Positions 53,605-64,000 of a stretch of DNA of 64,000 bases are shown here, piece by piece. This DNA is from Kondoa subrosea (lineage: Eukaryota): assembly GCA_039545335.1 (NCBI GenBank), contig BCIN01000003.1, positions 1,685,941 through 1,749,940 on the forward strand, read 5' to 3'. Under the pieces are notes generated by a model. It worked only from the letters and a program-made list of their open reading frames with translations, was not told the DNA's origin and did not search any database. The translations under genes were made by a program, and so were the position numbers. How positions within the stretch are numbered: the stretch's first letter is position 1; each line of letters starts with the position of its first letter.

Positions 53605-55168
53605 ATGGCTATGATCTTGCGGCTCGTCTCCAGCTTGGCTTCGTGCGTTGGCCTACTTTCCATGTGAAGCTCAACTCATGAGATTCGCAGACTGTCAAGC
53701 TGGATTCAAATTCTCGTATACCTTCCGCTTACTCAGGATTTGGCTGGTCGCAGAGCCTTCCTAGCGCTTTCATTCGTCTTGTGCTCCTACTACACTCTGA
53801 GCTCTACTATAAGACTCATCTTCCGCGACACGCGAATGTCTGTTTTGCCTGGACTGCTGAGTATGCTTCAATCGCTTGTGGTTCCAGCACTCTTTCTTTT
53901 ATGCTTGAATATCTATTCTATGCCAAATTCAAAAGACACTCCTATGATTCTCACAACGGTGTGTGTTTCTGTTGAGTCTCGCTTGGCAGTTCTGATGTAT
54001 TTCACAGCACGACTTGCTGTATCGAGTACCGGATAGCTGGGAACTAACGCTCAAGTGGCTTTCGCCGGTGTTTGCAATATTCGAGGCAATTTCTACCGTT
54101 CTCGTAGCGCAATGTGCAGGTAAGAGCAATCTAATATCGAAGAATGATCGTTCACGAATGATAATCAGGGCATGTATCAACATATCTTGTGGAAGAACGA
54201 AGCGAAAGCTGGCAGTTCTTCTTTTTGATCGCCGCATCAGCAGTCTATGTCATTTCAGCTTGGAATCTATTCGAAGCATACTCTTTTGCAGCTCGTGAAG
54301 CCATCAATGCCACCTTGATAGGCGTCTCAATCACTTCCGTCATCTTTCTGAGTGGTATAGCATTCGCCCTTCGTAGAGGCAGTGTGGTCGAAGCTTGTCT
54401 GATTCTAGCTTATAATGTCCTGAAGTAAGTTTGATCATTCACCCCTGTTCTTTCAAGTAGCTATAATCTGAACGATCTATCTAGCATATACTTCTTATCT
54501 TCTTCCGATTATCCCTCACTCTTTGGCTCGCTCAGCTCCCTGCGATCAAATAATCCATCCCTACCTCCAGTCTTATCCGAATCCATCACTACCTTGGCTA
54601 CTGTAGTCTACGAAAAGTTTGGTCAGGGTCTTGACTTCATATCAGCTGCGTGAGCTTGAGCCCGCTTGTATGAATTGCCAGTGATACTAATTAGATCGAA
54701 TTCAACAGAGTATCAGCTTTACCTATGCCAATTCTTGTCGGCGTCGTCTATAGAATAACAGTCATGTACGGTGCAGGAGTGGTCTTGCTAGCCGTGAAAA
54801 GAGGAAGAGAAGGGTCGAATAGGCGTCTAAGTGAAGAAGATGCGGAAATGAAACCTTATATCGTCGTTTTGGGTTACTCGAGAGTGATGTGCGTGCAAAT
54901 TCTGTGGCAGCGATGATTCTTGTTTCGCTCATATTTGTTATGTAGTTTCATAGCAGTATATACACATCTATTATGTAGGTGTACTGATCAAGTCCGGTAA
55001 TGCAGCTCAAACCGTGCCCCAGTATTGGATAACAGCACAACTATATTCTGGAAGTGGCTTAGTGTTGGGTCGACGAATCTTCTATGGGCCTTGGAGATTA
55101 TTCTGAGTGCAGAAGGGGACGATAACGAGGCAGTTGTAAGAGGACTCAAGCTTTCCAAACGAGATTGA
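53605..55168 (+). CDS. ICE2: ER membrane protein Ice2
   Basis: QILVYLPLT.DLAGRRAFLALS, WELTLKWLSPVFAIFEAISTVLVAQ, ATLIGVSIT, RRGSVVEA, VVYRITVMYGA, YSR..FIAVYTHLL, FWKW. Confidence 0.82.
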
Positions 55169-55320
55169 TACATCTGATCAAACTGGATTGGAAATGCAAG
55201 ATAATCTTTCCCTTGCTTCCTTCTTGCTTCTTCTTTCTTGTGTGACGTAATATTGAATCTACGTATTTGGTTGCTTCTCAGTATAAGACTGCTTCTCCTT
55301 CTTCTTCAGCTGCGACCAAG

Positions 55321-56520
55321 ATGGCTATTTTGGCAGGTGCGACCTCAATTTGTTCTCAAGTCTACTCACTCACCGCTCGCCCAGTCTTCGGCTCTATCGT
55401 ATGTGGATCTCGCATTTGCTATTTTCTGGAGGAAGCCCAGAAATCTTGCATTGATGTTTTGACTTTGCTCGCTGTCTCTCGAACCACTCGAAAGCTTGCA
55501 GCATTGTATTTAGTTGCACACTTCGCTCGAGCAAGTATGTTGTCCATTTTCTCCTTCTTTGTTCCAGCCTCTCAGCCGTTTCCCTTCTACAGAGGTCACT
55601 AATCCCACACCGTGGAATCGCTTTCCAGACAAAGGCTCTGGCGCTTACATTATCATCGTAAGTCCAGATAGGTTACTCGAGCGCGATCTCTTCTGAGTAA
55701 CAGTTTCAAGTACACGGTTGGCTGGGATCCAGATGGAATAACCAAGGTTGATACTCGTATGCATTACACCAAAGGTCTGACTGGAGAAGATGGTTCTGGC
55801 TGCGGTAAAAAGGATAAAATTGGTCAACACCGCGCTGTGCTTACTCTTCGAGAATTTGATCCGAAAACTCTTATTTGCACCTTCAAATCTACTTGTCGCG
55901 AGCCATCTGATCCTTCTCTCTCTGATGAAGAAATCTACAACCTTGATCAGGATGAACACGACTTGATTGGTCTCAATACTCTGCTCCGCTTCAACCATGA
56001 TGGTACTTTGAGTGATGAATTTGGATTTCAGCATTATAACGCTGTCTCTTCTGTGTGGTATCGACGAAAAACCGAAACCGAGAAGGCAGAAGACGAGATC
56101 AAAGTCAAGGCTTACAATCTCGCTCATCCCGAAGAAGAAATGTGGAACAATCTAGCAGTGAATTACGATGTCAAGCCTCGTATTCCTGTACCAAAGAAAG
56201 CTGCTGTTCAATCTAGTGCAGCTATGTGCTTGACCACGCCCGGACGAAACAAGGATAATTGGCAATTGCGAGGCAAAGAGAAGTGCTGGAAGCGTTGGGA
56301 AATCTCGTATGCCATCTGTAACCTGGACAAGATGTTCATGTTGGATGAGATCATGGGTGGAATCGACATGAAATCGGAAGATGAGGAAAGAAGAGATGCT
56401 ATTTTCCCTTTTGTTAGCGCTACCGGAGGCACCTTTTTTCACGAGTTGAAGGTACCTCTTGTCGATTTGTTCCGTGTTCCAGTGGAGGACGACAATGGCT
56501 ACAATGAAAGTCATTTCTAG
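55321..56520 (+). CDS. Hypothetical protein, possible degenerate F-box-like N-terminus
   Basis: 253-codon terminal exon plus in-frame upstream exons; ...VLTLLAVSRTTRKLAALYL resembles the second half of an F-box motif. Confidence 0.55.
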
Positions 56521-57049
56521 GGATGAGTGCGGGAAACATGTTGTCGTATGCTGATCTTAATGGCTTCCCTCTTCAGGAGCGCATAACAGAGGAAAGCACC
56601 AACTTGGTCGTCGGCTGATTCAAAAAGGGTATGACCTAACTAGTCGACACTCGGCTTTTGCCAACCTTTCCTGCTCCGCCTTTCATGTTGTGCTGGGCTG
56701 TCTTGTTATTCTCTCCTGTCCTCTCTGTGTCGCACATTCCGCCTTACTACAGGCGTCATAGGGTCCTTACACTCCTCCTCTTCCAAGATCAGCAATTATT
56801 GTCGTGCTCCTTTCATTTGCAATTTCCCGTATACATTCGCTATAATGCCCTCGTCCTGCTGAAATCAATAATTGCCTTCTGATTTCATTACGCTTGAAGC
56901 CTATAGGCAAATCAGTAGCCTATTCCACAATCCTTCCACTCCTCGGGTCTTTTTCGGATGTGCTAAGTGCCAGACCGTGACTTATCCTTTAGCCGCTCTG
57001 ATCATACTGGGATCTTTCTTCCCTTCTGCTTGCATTACGCATCAGCAAG

Positions 57050-59499
57050 ATGAAATCCTATTTACTGGCTGCGGCTCTTTTGCATGCGTGCGCTGCTGTG
57101 CCAAATCTCTCTTCCCGCTACAACGACGATCCTTTGGTGGTTGACCTCGGGGACGCTGGAGTGTACAGTATGTCAAGAGCCGCTTCAGTGGCAATTCCGC
57201 TCGCTCATGTCTATGCTTCTTGACTGCCGTAGAAGCTGGCTATACACACAACGAAACCGTGAGGTATTGGAGGGGTAAGTCATAACACAGTTTGCTTCCC
57301 TTCTCCACTGAAATTCCTGCGACAGGCATTCCCTATGCTGCTGCGCCGATCGGGTAAAAGGGACCCTGAGTTTGATGGCATCTTCTGACTCCCGTTAATA
57401 GTGACCTGCGCTTTAGGGCGCCAAAGTCTCTTGCTAAGCAAAACGATACCGTTGTTGATGTTTCCGAGGATGGCTATGGACAAGCTTGCGTCCAATTCAG
57501 CACAACAAAGTTCAAAGTATGTTTCGATCTTCTTGCAAAACACTGGCCTAATTTATGGTGACAGAGAGGACCTGGTGTAGAAGACTGCTTGCGCCTATGG
57601 ATATTTTCGCCTGCGGATGCTAAAGAGGGCGACAACTTGCCTGTTCACATCTACTACCATGGCGGGTAAGTAAAGCATGCTTGGAATACTTACGAAACAT
57701 ACTGATGCATGCCACGAAGAGGATACCAGAATGGACAGAGCGTGACCCATGATTACAGTCAATGGGTCGGCGACAATCAGAAGTTCATTGCCGTCAATGT
57801 AAGTCTACTTTCCCTTCGAAGCAATGCCTCTTGCTCATGTTCGGCGTTATAACTCTCCTTTAGGCCAATTACCGATTGGGACTTCGTAAGTCTGCCTTTT
57901 TAAACAGCTGATTGTCTTTGCTTATATTGATCAACTGCACTTAGTCGGATTCTACAACAGCGTTAATGCTCTAGAAGAGGGAGAGGCGGCTAATGTTGGC
58001 CTGCTGGATGCTCGATACGCTGCAGACTGGGTGCGACAGCATATTGCCAAGTTTGTAAGTTGTCAGCTTATACTCTTATGCTGGCCTCGCTGATCTTGCA
58101 ATAGGGAGGCGATGGCAACCAAATTACAATCAGTGGTCAATCCGGTGGTGGTGTGAGTTGCACTCTGATCGTTGTGTTCTTCGCGAATACTGACTTGAAC
58201 GCTTCCAGGGTCTGGTGAAAGATACGCTTGTTATGGTAATGTTCCTGTTTGTTGCTCACCTAAAAATCGCTAAAGATCGCGTACAGTATGATGGCAAGAA
58301 GCCTAATTACCAGCGTGCCGTACCTCGCAGCATTCAGCGCTCTCCTCAGTACCCTCTCGAGCGACTGGTTTCTCGTAATGATGCTTTTGCCGCCAAAGTG
58401 AACTGCACGCAAAGCTCCTCTACAGCTGAAGGTGCAAAGGCACAAGTCGAATGCCTGCGCAAGGTATCGGCAGAGGATATCAGAGTCGCAGCAATCGATT
58501 TCCCTACTGGTCCTGTTGCTCCCGCGTAAGTAATTGATTCCGATACTCTTCATAGCCTGATCGAACTGCCACAGCAACGGCTTTCCTGGTTGGCTGCCGA
58601 GCATCGACGGCAAGACATTGACAGATCAGTCTGTTAGGTCCGTCATGCTACTGCTTTGGCGTCCCAAATCAATCTCACCGATTTCTCAATGAAAGGCTTT
58701 ACCGTCAAGGCAAGTTTGCAAAAGTCCCGGTGATGCCAGCCGCAGTGACACATGAATTCGCTGGGTTCTCGCCTAACCGTCCGCCATTCTCTGAAAAGCT
58801 CATTCGACAATTCACTTCTCCGAACATCAGTGATACTCTAGTTCAAAATTTGACTCGAATTTATCCTGCTCCTTTTACCAATGCTTCCTACGACACCAGT
58901 TCTTACGAAGACAATACCCACCAGGTCTGGAATCTCGTCGACGAGAATCTAGCCAAGTGCTCTGCGCCTATGATAGCTCGTGCTGCTTCAGATGCTGGCG
59001 TGGCTGCATATGAGCTGCGGTTCAATGCTCCACAGCCTGTATGTAGCTTGTCTATTACTCTTGCCAGCATAATTGAACTTATGTACTCTGCAGGGTTACG
59101 AACCTTGGCAATCCACCACGCACTCTAGTGACAACTACTACCTCGAGAACAACACGTATACTATGAATGCCACCCAAGCTGCTGTAGCTTACGAATGGCG
59201 TGCCTACCATGCAAGCTTTATTCGCCATGGCGAGTAAGTGTTTGTTAGGTTCTCGCATTGTTCTCAATCTCATCGATGCTTTTAGTCCAAACGTCGAGAA
59301 GCTCGAAACATCGCCCAAATGGTACAAAACGGAAAGTGATTGGCGCTACGAGCCACGTATGGTTATCGCTTTCGGTCTCAACTCTTCTGCTGCACCAGAA
59401 TATCCAACCAATTCGGGAATGGAGCTGGTTGTTGCAGCCGAATACGACAGATGCAGCTATTGGTTGAGCGCGGAGGTGGATGACGAGACCGATCAATAG
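57050..59499 (+). CDS. Secreted type-B carboxylesterase/lipase (alpha/beta hydrolase); many introns
   Basis: Signal peptide [56 protein letters not shown]...[10 protein letters not shown] (nucleophile Ser), THSSDNYYL (catalytic His). Confidence 0.9.
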
Positions 59500-59777
59500 T
59501 CAGATGGTGCGAAGTACATACAGTCGAATGAAAGGAAAAGTATTAAACCGAATTGTAACAAGTGATTGAAAGTGACAAATTTGCACATTGCTCGAATCCC
59601 AAAACCGGGTCACACAAAGTAGACGTGGAACGAAATACGTTGTATTGCTCTTTTTTGCGATGCTAGTTTTACCCTACATACTTGAAAATGAACTTCTATT
59701 GTCCAAAATTGGCTCATCGCTGTTTCATAAGGGTCAGAATTACCATCTCGATCTAATGCAAAAGATGCTGACCTAAT

Positions 59778-61025
59778 TCAGCAGTCCTGTTCATCCGCAT
59801 CTTGCTCGGCCAATGTCTTTCGCAAAGTCGCAAATCCTCCGCGAGCAATCAATTGTGACATTTTAGAAGCCTTTGCTATGTGGAAACACATGGCAGGTAA
59901 AGTGCGCATAGCTGAGATCGCAACAGGTCGATTTTCTGGTGCTGGGCTGGTTGCAAGAGATGATAAAGGTGAAGAAGCATTGTAAGCATTCGATTCGACA
60001 GGTGGTGAGAGAATGATTGAGGGTACTTCAAAACCTGGTGTGAGGTGATTGTGTTGCGTATAGCGTTTGACGACCTCCCTTGATCAAGTATAAGTAGTCA
60101 AAATGAGATCAGAACACAAAGCGTCACCAATGATCAGGAGCAGTTCGATGAACTGTGATCTTAGCTTGACAACCAGTGTAGCCAGATTTGCCTTTTCCTT
60201 GGTAGATCAAGCAGATCAAGGCGTATTTTCGATGAATCAGTAAAGATGACTTACTACCTTTAGTGCAACCGTAGTCCACCTGGAAGAGGTTTGCGCTAGC
60301 TGTTCGAGATTTCAAAGTACCAAAGTAATAGTCTGCCGAAACCGAGATAGCCTAGCAACGTACGATGAGCTGCGGTCGCAAGTCTAGATAATAGTACTCA
60401 CATTATCGCAAGCTTCTTCCATTTGAGCACGAGATTTAAAGACCGTTCCGACAGCAGGAAACTCTTCTCCAGCAATGAGAGATCTCTCCTTCTCCTCCGC
60501 AGCGACAACACTTTCGTCAAATTGATCATGATCCTCGGCTCCTACACTGCCTTGCAATTGAGCGGCAGGCGAATACGAATGGCTAGTGGCTGGAGTAGAA
60601 GCAGCTGTATCGCTGAATGTGAAAGAAGGAGAGCGAGAAGTCTTGGCGCGTTTGGCAAGAGGCTGATCTTCATTCTCAGAAGTAGATGAGTCTTCGATGA
60701 ATCTTTGCTTTGATGCAGCACGATGTAATCTTTGCGAATGATCAAGATTCAGAGTAACAATACGCCTAACACTTTGAAATCAGCTGTGTCTATCGCAAGA
60801 AACGCGTCGAATTCACCATGCACCATTGAGATCAGACTGATCAACAGGGACAGCGCGGACACTGGCTGAACAGCGAGGTGCACATCGACAAGTATAGCGA
60901 CAGAAGTTCCCCTCTGCATAGCTGGTGCGCGAGGAAGAAATCCTGAAATCGCCTTCTTCTAGATCTTTGATGGCACATAGCATATCCGCTCGACTTTGAA
61001 AGATTTGTTGCGCTGAGATAGACAT
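59778..61025 (-). CDS. Protein with two FAR1/WRKY-GCM1-like zinc DNA-binding domains (MULE-transposase related)
   Basis: Domain 2: PAVGTVFKSRAQMEEAC...YGCTKGKGKSGYTGCQAKITVHRTAPDHWEVVKRYTQHNH; domain 1: QIFQSRADM...YTCRCAPRCSASVRAV...GAW.VRRIV...H; no DDE domain seen. Confidence 0.7.
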
Positions 61026-61721
61026 CTTTATGACCAGGTAGAGCAGGAAGCAGAAGCATGCGAGTGAAGCTCCGACACTGACGCGAGACCGCTCGGACAA
61101 AACAAAACAATGATCTTCGCAGAGCTTCCTTGAGCGTCACGAAGCGCGTCAGATGCAGAACGACCATTTCTGCTGTGAATAGCGTCAAGAGGCAATGTTG
61201 AGGTGTTCAGCGTTTTCCATCTTTTGATCTTCTTCTGAAGCTTCTGCTCTGGGATCTCTTGCTGGCAATAAGCAGTCCGCTCTTTGGGCTGATTTTACCC
61301 TAGGTGCCTGCTGCATGGTTGCACCGTGGACGCAACACATTTCTGGACTCCCTTTGGCGGTCAGGCGGAAGAGGTTTAAGTCATCAATTGCAAGCCTACC
61401 GATCGTATAGATCATAACATGGTATGTTCGCTTTTCCTAATCTCTCTGCTTCTCGCTGAATTGTACAGACCAAACGCACCGTATATTTTACTTGGACATC
61501 ATAACTTTGCTCTCAAGAATAGCATCTTCTTGTCACCCCTGCTTTCGTTCGCTTTGCAAAACTACTGGCGCTCTCTCAACACTGATTATACAAGCTTGGA
61601 CCGCAATTCTACGCTGCGGGCTAAGACAATAATCTTGCTTCTATCTACTAGCCATGCCTTCTTTGACTCTTTTTTTCTCTCTTGGGCTCGCAAGGCTTTC
61701 TTTCTCCTCTGCACACAAGCC

Positions 61722-62735
61722 ATGTATTGCAATAAGTGTGATCGTGATTTTGTTTCGTCAGAAGCCCTCGATAGTCATCTAGCAAACTCGAGGTCGCATC
61801 ACTATTGCATCTATCATCAGGAGGATTTTGGTGATGAAGAAGAGCTAGAGGAGCATTTTCTCACTTCGAGAAGTCATCACTATTGCTTGGTTCACGACGA
61901 ACACTTCGACGATGAAGCAGAGCTCGAAGAACATTTTACGGACCAGCACGAACATTGCTCAGATTGTGATGAGTACTTCGAAGATACACAGGAGTTGGAG
62001 ATGCACGACGTGTGAGTTAGCACTCGGTCGATCCAGATTCAAGCTCACTTTCCAATCAGTGAGGTCCACAATCTTTGTGTGGAATGCAACAAATTCTTCG
62101 CCACGTCTAATGGATTGACGATGCATCTACGCTCATCTATACACGTTTCCAAGAATGTGAAATGCATTTGTAAGTTCTGTGGACTCTAAGTCATTCAGGA
62201 TCTGATCTCTCAAACAACAGTCTGTTCCAAGAAGTTCGTTTCGACTTCAGCAATGACACTTCATCTCGAATCTGGCGGTTGCAGCAGTGGAGTTACCAGA
62301 CGTCAGATCAATGAATATGTCCGCAGTATTGATCGCAACAACATTATCACCAACAAAGGTCGAATGATAGAGGGGTCAAGCGATTTCAGCGGGTCGCCTG
62401 TCTATGCCACTGAACAAGCATACAATGGAAACGTCAGTCAAACGGGTTTCTCTAGAAGCTTATGCTGATTAGCTTGGCTTTCGCAGGCTTACGAATGCTA
62501 CTTCTGCAACAAAGAATTCGACAGTCTCATCGCTCTAAATCAGCATCTAGCATCTCCTCGTCATCAATCGAAGATCTATCGTTGTCCAAAGAGCGGGTGT
62601 AAACTTCAGCTTTCCACCCTTAGCGGTCTCTGCCAGCACATTGAGAACGGAAGCTGCGGAGTCAAAATGTTCAAACAAGTTCAAGATGTTATGGCCAACC
62701 TGAACACTGGAATGAAATCCTTAGGCTTCCGCTGA
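61722..62735 (+). CDS. Multi-C2H2 zinc-finger protein (fungal family with LHLESGGCSSG motif)
   Basis: YCNKCDRDF....AL.SHL..SRSH, CVECNKFF....GL.MHLRSSIH, LHLESGGC, YECYFCNKEF.SL.AL.QHL.SPRH, LSGLCQHIENGSC. Confidence 0.88.
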
Positions 62736-63073
62736 AGAACGGGCCAATACATCGCTCGTTGTTGTACCTACTGGCTAAGCTGATATCAGCGTCAAAATGT
62801 AGGGGTTGATGAAAACTTCAGGAAGAAGATTTAATTGAGCATCGGCGCGGAGCATTTGTATCAAGATTTGCAGCGACCCATAGAGCCCTCTGATGCATCT
62901 GCATTTTGCCCATTCTCTACTTCGCGACTTTAGATATCAGCTTGCCCTCAAAACGCCATTCTCCCGATACCTGCTACGCGTGAAGCGCTGGCTTAGCACT
63001 CGTATACCATTTGCATCAGACTGTCTCGTAGCGCGACTGTTGCTTGACATCCTTCGTTTGTTCGCTCGCCAAA

Positions 63074-64000
63074 ATGGAATCTAGCGTTCTCGATTTACCG
63101 CGTTCGTAGTCGCTCAATCCAAGCCTCAATACATATTTAATACTCTAATGAACAGCTCTGCGCACTTTTGATGCTTTCCCTAAAGTCAATTCCACTTACA
63201 AGCAACGCTCGAATAAAGGCGGTCTAGCTACTATTGTGTTATACTGCACTATTGCTGTCTTGGTCTATTATCAACTCAATGAGTATTGGTATGGAGAAAC
63301 GACAGATACATTCAGCGTGGACAGAGGAGTTGGGCATAATCTACAGATCAATGTTGATATGACTGTCGCTATGCCTTGTCATTGTGCGTTTGAATTTGAC
63401 TGGCAAGAGGTGAAAGAAGATAGCTGAGATGTATCGGAACAGATCTGACGGTAGATGTGAGGGATGCAGTGGGAGATAGGCTACATGTGTCGGATGAGTT
63501 TACAAAAGATGGGGTAGGTCGAGGTCTCGATCGCATGAGAAGAGGCTCATAATTTGATCCTTCTTTCCTACAGACAACCTTCGAGATTGGGCAGGCTCAG
63601 CGGATCAAGTGAATTGCATTCTCATGATTCGAAGTCTTCGCTCATCATCAGATTATAGGAGCATACAATTCGCAGCGGAAGCAGAGAAGCTATTATCAGC
63701 ATCTAAAATGGTTTCTCAAGCGAGAGGACGAGCGCAGTTTGGCAAGACGGCACATTTAGTACCAGATGGTCCAGCATGTCGAATTTATGGAGCTATGGTT
63801 GTGAAGAAGGTGACTGGCAATCTGCACGTGGTGTGTGGTAGCGTCCTTGCTGTTGTCAACAGCTGAGGCAGAATTTCCTTTGCACAGACAACGCTCGGAC
63901 ATGGCTATCTGAGTTGGGAGCATACCGAACATGCTCGTACGCTTTGCAACCTTCTTGTGTTACAAAGCTCATCCAAGTCAACCAGTCATGAACCTCAGTC
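63074..64000 (+). CDS. ERV41: ER-Golgi transport protein Erv41 (ERGIC family), 5' part truncated by window
   Basis: LRTFDAFPK, RSNKGG, LQINVDMTVAMPC..LTVDVRDAVGDR, DGPACRIYG...VKKVTGNLH..TLGHGY. Confidence 0.9.

Noticed and set aside
61185..61415. 76-aa minus-strand ORF upstream of the FAR1-like gene
   Set aside because: Could be an upstream exon or uORF, but I could not splice it convincingly to the gene; left unannotated

Overview
Eukaryotic, gene-dense fungal genomic DNA (basidiomycete-like; short ~45-65 nt spliceosomal introns with CTRAY-type branch sites, many micro-exons, intergenic gaps often <200 bp). The ORF track only shows exon fragments, so gene models were rebuilt by hand from splice signals and protein motifs. 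About 30 genes are supportable, mostly housekeeping: SEM1 (3' end), GCV1, ELC1, MTR4, glutaredoxin, ARL3/ARFRP1, LEO1, importin alpha, ZPR1, DYS1, GPI18 (two copies), RIO2, an ABCB transporter, LYRM2-like, PPZ phosphatase, REC8, class II DAHP synthase, RNR small subunit, AlkB-like, ICE2, a carboxylesterase and ERV41 (5' part), plus several lineage-specific genes. No rRNA, tRNA, CRISPR array or intact transposon was recognised. The most unusual structure is a ~1.4 kb inverted duplication of the whole GPI mannosyltransferase II gene (29365-30765 + and 52163-53567 -). Both copies are intact, differ mostly at synonymous sites, and bracket a 21.4 kb block. Both keep a Met-Tyr-stop uORF overlapping the start codon, and their first intron diverges like coding sequence. 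Other notable items are a tandem FAR1/WRKY-GCM1-like (MULE-derived) gene, a CCCH+TPR orphan and an intronless F-box gene. All family assignments are from motif recall, not database searches.
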